Both the position numbers and the translations under genes were made by a program. The notes under the pieces are model-generated. The model worked only from the letters and a program-made list of their open reading frames with translations. It ran no database searches and had not been told where the DNA came from. 64,000 bases of DNA from Candidatus Latescibacterota bacterium (GTDB lineage: Bacteria; Latescibacterota; UBA2968; GCA-2709665): assembly GCA_965226795.1 (NCBI GenBank), contig CBDDDZ010000005.1:2976001-3040000 (forward strand), read 5' to 3'. The number at the start of each line of letters is the position of its first letter. The first letter of the stretch is position 1. Shown here one piece after another: positions 45,116-53,897 of the stretch.

Positions 45116-45987
45116 CTAAATCCGAGCCACGAATTCGTTTGCGGGTGCGTTCTGTATCTCCTCCGGTGTTCCGTACTGTACGATACGCCCGCCCTGCAGC
45201 CACGCGATCCGGTCGGCGACTGCCAGGGCGTCGCCGACGTCTCGCGTGGCGTAAACCAACGTGCGGCGCCGCGGCCAACTGGCGCAGGGCGTGCAGGTCA
45301 CGGATAAAGGCGCGCCGGCGGGTGGGATTCCCGAACCGCGATCTGGTGGACAGGTCGTCCACCAGAAGGAGGTCCGGCCATTCCGGGTTGTTGGGGGGCG
45401 GCCCCACCCATCCCAGTCGACGCACCGTGCCGTCGGGGGAATGGATGGACAGGGAGACGCTGTCCGCGTGCTCGGATAAATCGCCGGGAGGCTCGCGGTG
45501 GGATCCGTCCATCGCCATGTTCGGAAACGCATAGCGCCGGATCCACACCCCCCGCCATCTTTCCGACCGCCACTCTGGCGGGAACGCGTCGGCCCTCGCC
45601 GGAGAAACGCCAACCGCGGATCACGCCGGGCTCCGTTTCACTTTCGTACCCATCCGATCCGATGTGCACGCCGCCCTGTCCGTCCGAGCGTTTGCCAACG
45701 TAGCGCAGCAGCGTCGTCTTGCCAGCGCCTGCCGGTCCGACTATCGCGACGATCTCCCCCGACTGTACAAAGAGCGACAGCCCGTCGAGGACGGAGGCCT
45801 GCGCGCCCTTGTTCCGGTCGAGCAGCGGTAAACAGTCAGCGTAACGCAATCGGTCAGCCAAGCGAGGTCCGCGGGCCGCAACGCGAATCACTTCGATTTC
45901 TTCCAGGCAGAACAAGCGTTCACAGCAGGCCAAGACGTCTAACGCCACTACGTTGTGGGAACGCATGGCGAGAGAATGGGTTGACAA
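45116..45987 (-). pseudogene. ABC transporter ATP-binding protein remnant
   Basis: Walker A GPAGAGKTT in one frame; ADRIAWLQGGRIVQYGTPEEI..PANEFVA in another. Confidence 0.6.
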
Positions 45988-46043
45988 CGCGCATCAAATC
46001 TCGTAGTAATATTGCAGGTAATCAACCGAAACGGAGGCTTCTG

Positions 46044-46142
46044 GTGAAAACCGCTCTCATTCAAATCGGGAATTCACGTGGCATCCGTATCCCCAAGGCG
46101 TTCCTGGGTCAGTGCCAACTTCTTACAGTAAGCGGAAGTTGA
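46044..46142 (+). pseudogene. AbrB/MazE antitoxin N-terminal fragment
   Basis: GGAGG RBS; IQIGNSRGIRIPK then early stop. Confidence 0.65.
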
Positions 46143-46173
46143 ACAGTCACTCAAACCGGAAGGGAGAACCTAA

Positions 46174-46395
46174 ATGAACGCAGCAAGCGAATTGTCCGAA
46201 CGGCAGGCCCGGCTTGAAGGCATCATTGAGCAAATGGACCGCCGCTTTGAGTCCATTGATCGCCGCCTGGATTCCATCGACCGCCACCTTACGGGCATCG
46301 AGTCCAGCATGCGTCAGGGCTTTTTCTGGATCGTCGGCATTCAGATTACCACCCTCTTGACGTTTGGCGCGTTGATTCTCATCAAGCTCGGATAG
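46174..46395 (+). CDS. Small coiled-coil protein with C-terminal TM helix (DUF1640-like)
   Basis: IDRRLDSIDR heptads then WIVGIQITTLLTFGALIL. Confidence 0.65.
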   Translation: MNAASELSERQARLEGIIEQMDRRFESIDRRLDSIDRHLTGIESSMRQGFFWIVGIQITTLLTFGALILIKLG

Positions 46396-46481
46396 CCACC
46401 CGCCTCCCGAAAGAACACCCAAGTGAACGCCATCGCCCACACAAACGCCGACATCACCAACCTGTCTAGCAGACAGCCAGA

Positions 46482-46574
46482 CCACCGAAGTGAGGGGAGA
46501 TGGGGACGGCTTTGCCGCGGTCCTTCACGACGCGGTATGGGTCGGTCCTTGTTCTGATGGAAGATTCTCGACGT
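46482..46574 (-). CRISPR. Degenerate hybrid unit: half array-2 repeat, 37-bp spacer, degenerate repeat B
   Basis: CCACCGAAGTGAGGGGAGAT (46482-46501) and TCCTTGTTCTGATGGAAGATTCTC (46546-46569). Confidence 0.7.
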
Positions 46575-46594
46575 GTCCGCCTTCGATTGTTCAT

Positions 46595-46885
46595 TTAAGC
46601 CTCTCTTGGGATGCCTGCCGCTGCTCCAAACGCCTCTTGTGCTTCCCGTATCTTGACGTCCAACAACGCCTCATGTATCTCCTCTTGTATGTCCTGCTCC
46701 GCTTGCGTAAAGACATCGGCGGACCGCCGCCGGTAAACTTCCGTTCGGAATTCTTGGTTGTCCTCCCTGATCTTGTCTTGAAAAGATTCCCCTACCGCCA
46801 CTTCCATATCCGTCGCTGTCGACGGGTTTTCTAGCACGGCATTCTTTACCGCCTGCTTCAGCATTTCTCGCCTTCGATTGCTCAT
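46595..46885 (-). CDS. Hypothetical acidic helical protein between CRISPR-like repeats
   Basis: 96-aa ORF with GGGAGG RBS; fills the interval between repeats at ~46539 and 46903. Confidence 0.65.
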   Translation of the reverse strand: MSNRRREMLKQAVKNAVLENPSTATDMEVAVGESFQDKIREDNQEFRTEVYRRRSADVFTQAEQDIQEEIHEALLDVKIREAQEAFGAAAGIPREA

Positions 46886-46902
46886 TTAAGCCCTCCCAGA
46901 TG

Positions 46903-46938
46903 GTTTAAATCCTTGTTCTGATAGAAGATCTTCACCGG
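46903..46938 (-). repeat. Solitary CRISPR-like repeat B
   Basis: GTTTAAATCCTTGTTCTGATAGAAGATCTTCACCGG. Confidence 0.85.
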
Positions 46939-46940
46939 GA

Positions 46941-47126
46941 TTAGCGGGCGCCTGGCGGCGCGTTTTTCAGCCGCTCGTTCGGCGTCGGCTTTGGCCCACA
47001 GGGCCAACTGGGAAAAGGTAGGAACCGGCAGGCCGCCTTGTAGTCGGCAGGAGCAAACGGCGTCCCGTCGGGATGCCAGCCGCGGCCGAAAATCTTTGTG
47101 TACTTTTCTTTAGGTAGGGTAGGCAT
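46941..47126 (-). pseudogene. GWHPDGTPF small protein, diverged copy with frameshift
   Basis: RGWHPDGTPFAPADYK then shifted frame GLPVPTFSQLALWAKADAERAAE; homologous to 61868-62035. Confidence 0.7.
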
Positions 47127-47129
47127 AGA

Positions 47130-47165
47130 GATTCAATCCTTGTACTGATGGAAGATTCTCGCCGG
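47130..47165 (-). repeat. Solitary CRISPR-like repeat B
   Basis: GATTCAATCCTTGTACTGATGGAAGATTCTCGCCGG. Confidence 0.85.
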
Positions 47166-47172
47166 GTTTATC

Positions 47173-47262
47173 TCAATCGAACCAATCCCAGGGCGTAAAG
47201 TATTTGATTCCAATAACCACCACAAGAATTACAGCAAGCAAGAGTATAAATCCCAAAATCAT
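47173..47262 (-). CDS. 29-aa single-TM peptide MILGFILLLAVILVVVIGIKYFTPWDWFD
   Basis: Hand translation; AGGGG upstream; fills the interval between repeats 47130 and 47288. Confidence 0.6.
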   Translation of the reverse strand: MILGFILLLAVILVVVIGIKYFTPWDWFD

Positions 47263-47287
47263 AGCGGCCCCTATATACCTGTTTTCC

Positions 47288-47323
47288 GTTTCAGCCCTTG
47301 TCCTGATGGAAAATTCCGAGCGG
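47288..47323 (-). repeat. Solitary CRISPR-like repeat B (degenerate)
   Basis: GTTTCAGCCCTTGTCCTGATGGAAAATTCCGAGCGG. Confidence 0.8.
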
Positions 47324-47348
47324 GATTGTGGTAGGGCGACGGCCGCTT

Positions 47349-47900
47349 TTATTCATCTCCTCGGATCTTGGCCAGCGCCTCGCTCGCAGCGTCTGCCATG
47401 AAATCCACAGAGTCCTTAAGATTTTCGTGTATCCATTCGAGATATCTGACCGCCCGTTGCTCTCGAAACTCACCGAGTTGCCGGATGATCGTCTCCCCCA
47501 GACCGGTGCCCAAAGGGTATCGGTCTCTGGCCATGTGCTCGAAAACGCTCACGAGCAGATTCAGCAGGTGTTGGCGAATTTCCTCCGAATCCGGTGAGGG
47601 TCTCCAGACGTAACGCGGGTTTTCCCAGGACACCCACTCGTCTGGTTGACCGGGCCGAACGCGCCGTTCCTGTTCCCAGCCGCCATGGCGCATCACCGGT
47701 CCGATGGGGATGCGATCGCGATCGGGCCGGCGATGTGGATGGTTCGCACAATAGGTGTAGAAGGGGTTCTCTATCGCGATGTCCCTGATCTCGCAATAGG
47801 GCGGTATACTCTCGTCAGCGCGCCGCAACCATTCGCGCTCGCCCCGGTTCGTTCGATTGAACCAACAGGTTCCGCAACAGTCGGATCCTCCGTTGGGCAT
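47349..47900 (-). CDS. Cys/His-rich hypothetical protein with HEAT-like C-terminus
   Basis: CCGTCWFN, YCEIR, YCANHPH; GGAGG RBS. Confidence 0.7.
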   Translation of the reverse strand: MPNGGSDCCGTCWFNRTNRGEREWLRRADESIPPYCEIRDIAIENPFYTYCANHPHRRPDRDRIPIGPVMRHGGWEQERRVRPGQPDEWVSWENPRYVWRPSPDSEEIRQHLLNLLVSVFEHMARDRYPLGTGLGETIIRQLGEFREQRAVRYLEWIHENLKDSVDFMADAASEALAKIRGDE

Positions 47901-48114
47901 CGCTCAGCCCTCCGCCCGGTTGTAACTCCGCAACCTCTCCCGCAACCGGTCATGCAGTAGCGCTCGCACCGTCACATCGTTCGGTCCAATCGAAATCCTC
48001 CGCAACGCATAACATAAAGTCCATTTGTCGCAAGTATTGCGACAACATTAAAAAAGCTATCGGCTGTTAGCGGGCAGCCGTCAGCCAGAAACAGTGAGAA
48101 AAGGAGCCGGTGTG

Positions 48115-48297
48115 AAGGTGGGGCAGACATTCCTGTCTGCCCTTATCATTGTCCTTCTGTCGCGATGCAGACAGAAGCAAGGCTTGCGCCGTCCTCTTTC
48201 CAGTGGGGAGACGGCGGCGAGTTGCGGCGTGCCCAGACACAGGATTCTGAGGTTTCGGTTTGATGTAAGTGAGCAGACAAGAATGTCTGCTCCACCC
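48115..48297. repeat. REP-like family B inverted pair
   Basis: GGTGGGGCAGACATTCCTGTCTGCCC and inverted GCAGACAAGAATGTCTGCTCCACC. Confidence 0.7.
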
Positions 48298-48480
48298 TTA
48301 CAAGCCTTTGTTCGAATTACCGCTTGAGCGCGTCAACAATCTGAGACAAAATGCCTGTACTTGCTTCCACATTCCGAAGCAGCAAGGCGCCACTGTCACC
48401 TGTGTGCCTGCGGCGAGCGATGCTGTCGGCTTTTTTCATTCCATCCTCCTCGTTGAGTAGACAGATGCAGATCCAACCGC

Positions 48481-49214
48481 TCAGAACCGTTCACGGATGG
48501 CCCAGGCCTTGATCAAGTGGTGGGCGATGGCGATGGGTCCAGGCACCGACAGAACTTTGCTCTTGCCGTCGAGGGCCAGCAGCACTTCGCGACGCTCGAA
48601 CCAGTGCGCGTCGGACATCTCCTCATTGTCTATACGAATGGCGGTGGTGACCGCTTCCGCCAGGCAGCCGATCATAAGCGAACAGGGAAACGGCCATGGC
48701 TGCGAGGAGTGGTAGCGTACGTTCTTCACCCCGATACCCGCTTCCTCCATCACTTCGCGCGCCACCACCTCCTCGATCGCTTCCCCCTGATCGACGAAAC
48801 CGGCCAGGGCGGAGTACATGCGCAGCCGCGAAAGGCGACCGTGCGACTGCCCGAGCAGGCAACGGTCGGTGGCGGGGTCCCGGCGGTACGGCAATCCTCG
48901 AAACGCCAGCCCCGACCGTCCGCAACCCGGGCGGCTGCCTCGGGGAAGGGGGACATGTCTACGGCGAAGTGCGCGACCGCGTCCATCAACCCGAGGAAAA
49001 TCGGCTTCGCTCCGGTCGCAAAGGTCCGGATCCGTTGCGTGTGCAGCCAACCAAGCCGCGGTCGCAGGCAGTCGTCGATCAACACTTCGAGATCCCGGAA
49101 GGGCAGGAACCTGCTGCCGGCGGCGGTTTCGGCGCGATGGATCCAGGCTTCGTCCCGACGTTCGCGTTCGGCACGGTCGAGAGGATTGCCGGCGAATGGA
49201 TGCTGGGCATTCAT
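48481..49214 (-). pseudogene. nudC: NAD(H) pyrophosphatase with internal deletion/frameshift
   Basis: N-terminal FAGNPLDRA; Nudix box AGFVDQGEAIEEVVAREVMEEAG and SQPWPFP in another frame; zinc-ribbon region absent. Confidence 0.75.
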
Positions 49215-49407
49215 GGATTGCGGTTACCGTAGCAGGCCGACGGGATGTAGACGGGGGAGTATCCGCACCTTAGCCGGTACTCTATCACGTGCAACTTCGG
49301 CGGCGCTGGATCACCATCCGGATGTCCAGCGCACCGCCGACCTGATGCGTCAACGTGAATGCAAACAGCCGGATATATCCCGCGTACTTTAGTCAGTTGC
49401 TGTTCCA

Positions 49408-50283
49408 TCAGGTGTCGAACAGGCTGTGCAGCCATGTATCGGCCTCTGGAATGCCGTCGGCGTTAAACACGAACTCCTGGCCGGGGCTGGCGCTCTTGAC
49501 GTAGGCCCACGGACCGTAGCGCTGCCACTGTTTTTTGCGATGATAGCTAAGCATTGGCTGCCCGTCGACGCGACAGAACCAGCGTGGCAGTCTCCAATAC
49601 GACCGGCTGCTCGCTCCGGGTGCGGTCAACATGACTCGGTCATTGGCACCTGAAAAAAGGCCGCCTCCGTTCGTTCGAGTTTCCGTTCCGCCGATGTTGA
49701 GTGTCCGGGTCGCAACGTAAACCGTGTTGTTCGGCGGCCATGATCGTCCATTGGGATGCAAAGGGTTGACGTGGGGATGGTCAGACAGCCAGGGCCGGAC
49801 TGTGCGGGCGCCGGCCGTATCGGTACCCACAGTAACGACCTCGGCCACCTGGAGCCAACCGAATAACCGGTGCACATCAGGAGCGTTCGATGCGTACTGC
49901 CATGTGCCCCCCTTCGCCGGTTCCGCGGCGCGAAACCAACCAAAGAATAGAAAGAGGTCGCCGGGCCCAACACCCTGGTTTTTCAGATGGCGTTGAGCGG
50001 TCTCGGCCTGCCCGAACGCCGCCAGCCAGCCGGGCGAACGCACAAGGGCATTGGCATTCAAATCGGGATCCAGATGACACCGGTCTCGTCCTTTCACTTC
50101 GCCGTTGGTCAAACACTCCACAATTTGGCCGAGAGACGTGTTACGCCACCGAACGTCATTGAATCGCGTCGGACTTCCGGGGTACGGAATCGGTAGGGAC
50201 AGGGCAGTGCCGTCGGGAAAAATGGGGCTTGGCTTGCCGCCATACTTCGCATCGAAACCCTTGCGGCTGAAGACAATCTTCAT
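49408..50283 (-). CDS. Nucleotide modification associated domain 3 (Nmad3)-like protein
   Basis: SRKGFD..GG.PSPIFPDG..SLPIP, HLDPDL, GDLFLFFGWF, HPH, GQEFV. Confidence 0.75.
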   Translation of the reverse strand: MKIVFSRKGFDAKYGGKPSPIFPDGTALSLPIPYPGSPTRFNDVRWRNTSLGQIVECLTNGEVKGRDRCHLDPDLNANALVRSPGWLAAFGQAETAQRHLKNQGVGPGDLFLFFGWFRAAEPAKGGTWQYASNAPDVHRLFGWLQVAEVVTVGTDTAGARTVRPWLSDHPHVNPLHPNGRSWPPNNTVYVATRTLNIGGTETRTNGGGLFSGANDRVMLTAPGASSRSYWRLPRWFCRVDGQPMLSYHRKKQWQRYGPWAYVKSASPGQEFVFNADGIPEADTWLHSLFDT

Positions 50284-50456
50284 TGGTACTCTTCCTCCAT
50301 TGGTCCGGTCAGGTTACCCAAGCTTACAGCAAAGAGAAAGAACCGGCAAGGTCAACGATAACATTCTTGCCAAGGTCCCCAGCAAGTCGTGGGGCGCAAT
50401 TCGGGCAACAGTCCACGCATCCTAAAGCGTTTCATCGATGTAAACGCTCATGACGG

Positions 50457-50492
50457 GTTTCAATCCTTGTTCTGGTGGAAGATTCCCAGCGG
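50457..50492 (-). repeat. Solitary CRISPR-like repeat B
   Basis: GTTTCAATCCTTGTTCTGGTGGAAGATTCCCAGCGG. Confidence 0.88.
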
Positions 50493-50686
50493 GTTAGGCG
50501 CAACGAATGTGACAGGAGCATGTCGGTCTGGAGGTGTCGAATTGCATAGCAACTTCTGTCCATCGGGAGTCAGAAAATCGCGTCGAGGACGAAATCTACC
50601 CACCACTGCCCACCCGGATCAGCGAGGCTGGAGCAGAGACTTGGGTCTCAAAAGCGATCCGACGGGTTGTTTGTTCGATGATACTC

Positions 50687-51750
50687 TTAACGCTCGTCCG
50701 TCCTGCGTTTAAGTTCGTCGGCAATCCAATCGGCAGCATCGTGACGATTCATGCCAGCGAAGACACATCGAACAGGGAGATTGTAACCTGTTTCTTTTCT
50801 CACATCTCGTATTCTTACACCGTTGTCATCGGACACGATTGTTTCCCAAACGACCTTCACATGGTACTCACGCTCCTGTCCGAAAACGGTTGTGCCAGAG
50901 ATGACTTGGCCGTCAACGATCCTCCCGGCCGCCAATACACCTTTTTTGTTGACATAAGCAAAGACCCGCTGGTCTTCAGCACTTCCTGACAGATTAGTTG
51001 CACCCGTCTCATAGCCGTGAATGGCAATTACCCCCTGATCAAACATCTTGCGATACGCATTTGGGGCGTAGGTTTCGTTCGTATTGAAGATCCAATCGCC
51101 CTGCCACTTTTCTGCCGAAACGTCCTCTCCTTGCGACTGAATCTTTGGCAATGGCGCGATGTCCATCAGGATTTCTGCATCATCGGAATTTGCGTGGAGC
51201 GTGAATGGCACGAAGTTTATCGGCACACCGTATTCATGAAGCCATTTGACTATCCTCAACAAACCCTCATCAGACGCCGGAGCGACGATAATAATCCGGT
51301 GGCCTTGTTGCGCTTTTGGAATGTCCTTCTGATTAAATTCAGGATCGTCGGTTAGCTCTTGAATCCTTTCTAGCAAGGGGACATATGGGCTTCCGCCATG
51401 GCGTAGGGGCCAGTATTCTCGGTCCAGTTTTCTAGATCTTCATAGCTCTTTCCGGTCATTTCAGCAGCATATTCGAGCAGTTGGCCTACCGTCGCTCTAT
51501 CGGACCAGTCCCGCTTTATTTCGACGATGACCAAACGCCCGTCAGCGTCCAACGCCAAAATGTCTCCCATGCGTTTACCGGCAACGGACTGACCAATCAC
51601 CAGAATCTTCTCGGCACCAAACAGTAGATCGGGGTTCCGCGCCATCCAGTTTTCCAGGTTCTTTTCTGTAAGATTCAACTTTGACGCGGGCCGTTCTTCA
51701 TATGATTGAACCGCGGTCTCTTCTCCGTCGCGGATTAGCTTAAATAGCAT
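50687..51750 (-). pseudogene. NucS/DUF91-like PD-(D/E)xK nuclease with C-terminal domain, split by frameshift near 51400
   Basis: EKNLENW, DILALDADGRLVIVEIKR, GQLLEYAA; continuation RIIIVA in ORF 50687..51376. Confidence 0.65.
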
Positions 51751-52078
51751 CGGTGTCCCCTCCATCGGTACGGTTCACCCTCACGCCATATGGGAAACAC
51801 ACAGTCATGCCGCGTATCCGTACGCCGCACAAAGGTTGGATCCCTGTGCGGGTGGGGAAAGACCGGCCAAGCACGGGCGCCGACGTCGTCCGGTCCGCTC
51901 TCCCGACCCAAGTGAGGTGAGATGCTTTTTCCCCGATCACTCTGCGGCGTATCCAAGTGTCGAAAAATGCGACGCGAGCTAACACACCAGCTCGTCGGCG
52001 AACGCATCTTCGATGTCCCGCGTCAACTGCAATCTTGCACACATCGGGCCTTTCACGGCGAGGATTCAAAGGTCCTGA

Positions 52079-53413
52079 TCAGTCTCTACCCGCGTTACTC
52101 TGCAGCGTCTTGTCAATCATCGTGGAGAACACCTGTTGAAACTGCTCGCAGATTTCAGATCGAGCCAGGTTTTGCAGGGGAAAACTCGGACGCCCCTTCA
52201 GACACCTGTCCAAAGTCACGTCGTCAATCCGGCACAAATCAGACCAGAGTTCTTTGCGAGCATTCTCTGTATGGAATGGGGCGACCATGTATTGGAATTG
52301 GACGACCACGCGGTCAGCCTTTATGCTGAAGGTCCACTGCAACAATTCCTTACCGTCTGCCAATGGCAATCTGTCGAGTTGGAACCAGATCTCCGGCGGA
52401 TCGGTATTGCGCGTCGGCATTCGGTTGAAATACGCGACCCTGCGGCCCGATCCTTCGAGTTCGACGTGTTTCCGGTGCGCCCACGCAATCAGTTCCTCGG
52501 CAATTCGAGCACACTCGCAGCCGGCACGGACCCCCAACTCATGCACAAATGAATCCGGATCGACAACCATGCCGCCCTTGAGTGGGGGGACTCGAAACTC
52601 GGCAATGAGAGGCGCGTGGTCGCTCCGGGTGCCCATGACGTTGTGATCGACTCGCAGCCGCGTGCACCGATGCGCGAGTTCCTCCGTGGCATACAGCCAA
52701 TCCAGCTGTGTGCCCGGGTTGCCGCCGAACGTTCGCACGTGGCGGCAGTCGCCGGCACCGCATGGACAATCCGGCATGGTGTCCGGACGATCCTCTGCGA
52801 TGGTAGCGAGATTGACGAGCCCGAGTGATTCGATGGCGCAGAACAGGGCGCGGTATCGAGGCAGTTCGAGCGTGTCAGGACGAGTTGCAGTTGTAATATT
52901 GAAGTCGCCACCCAGAATGACGCGCCTGCCGTCACCCGAGTCAAACAGCGGAATCAGGTCGGCGATAACACGGAACATCCTTGTTTGCGCATAGCCGTCA
53001 TCCATCGCGCCATACACACTCACACAGGTGATAGGGCCGACTTCAGGCACGTGGATTCTAGCAACAATCACGGAACCCGGAAGGCTTCCCAGCATGCTGA
53101 ACCTCGTGGCGCCGTATCGTGTACGTACGGCATCGATCTCCTCTGTTTCCAGGTCACAGGCGAACGCCACAACCGACGATCCCCAGGGCCGCCGGCCTGC
53201 GATCTCGCGGTATACGAAACGGTTACGGGGGATGTCAGACGGAGCAACGCTTTCCTGGAGCAGCATGACGTCAGCCTTCCTCTCCGTTTGAAGGTAACGC
53301 CATGCGTCCTTGCGCTGCTGCGAAGTCCGCTTCCAGTGATCCATGTTCCATGTGCCGATAGACAGGTTTCGCACAACTGGTGTTGAACAGGTCTTCCGGT
53401 CGCCTGCGGTCAT
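52079..53413 (-). CDS. Endonuclease/exonuclease/phosphatase (EEP) family protein with extra C-terminal domain
   Basis: TWNM, LQE, GGDFN, LDW, SDHAP. Confidence 0.85.
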   Translation of the reverse strand: MTAGDRKTCSTPVVRNLSIGTWNMDHWKRTSQQRKDAWRYLQTERKADVMLLQESVAPSDIPRNRFVYREIAGRRPWGSSVVAFACDLETEEIDAVRTRYGATRFSMLGSLPGSVIVARIHVPEVGPITCVSVYGAMDDGYAQTRMFRVIADLIPLFDSGDGRRVILGGDFNITTATRPDTLELPRYRALFCAIESLGLVNLATIAEDRPDTMPDCPCGAGDCRHVRTFGGNPGTQLDWLYATEELAHRCTRLRVDHNVMGTRSDHAPLIAEFRVPPLKGGMVVDPDSFVHELGVRAGCECARIAEELIAWAHRKHVELEGSGRRVAYFNRMPTRNTDPPEIWFQLDRLPLADGKELLQWTFSIKADRVVVQFQYMVAPFHTENARKELWSDLCRIDDVTLDRCLKGRPSFPLQNLARSEICEQFQQVFSTMIDKTLQSNAGRD

Positions 53414-53706
53414 TCAATTCCTCCACTTCGGTCGAGGCATTCTGCAATAGACGGGGCTGTCTTTCGGATCCTCACAGGCCAAATTCCGGTGAATGCATTT
53501 CGGGTTTACTTTCGCTGCCCGCGGACCTGATGTCGGTCCGAAACCGCACGTTTGCCAGGCCAGGAACCTGTGTTCTTACGAATCGCCGCGTCGAACTGAA
53601 TCGCCGTAAAGTATCCGGAGTGCAGGTGCGAAATGTACCTACCGTTTGCCAAACAAAGTGCTGTCAAACCCTCACGAGAGTGCTAAATGGTCCCCGCGGT
53701 CTGCAA

Positions 53707-53815
53707 GTTTCAATCCTCTCCCCCCACCAAAGTGAGGGGAGATTTTCAGAAACAGTTGTCGCCAATCCGTGTAATCTCTGTTTCAATCCTTGTTCTGATG
53801 GAAGATTCCCGACGG
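53707..53815 (-). CRISPR. Hybrid mini-array: array-2-type repeat, 36-bp spacer, repeat B
   Basis: GTTTCAATCCTCTCCCCCCACCAAAGTGAGGGGAGAT (53707-53743); GTTTCAATCCTTGTTCTGATGGAAGATTCCCGACGG (53780-53815). Confidence 0.85.
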
Positions 53816-53897
53816 TGTGTGGAGCGCGAGCGAGGCACTGCTGTTCTGTGGGGTGTGTCTCATGTACGGTTACGACGCGGGGACCCACTATCCTCGG

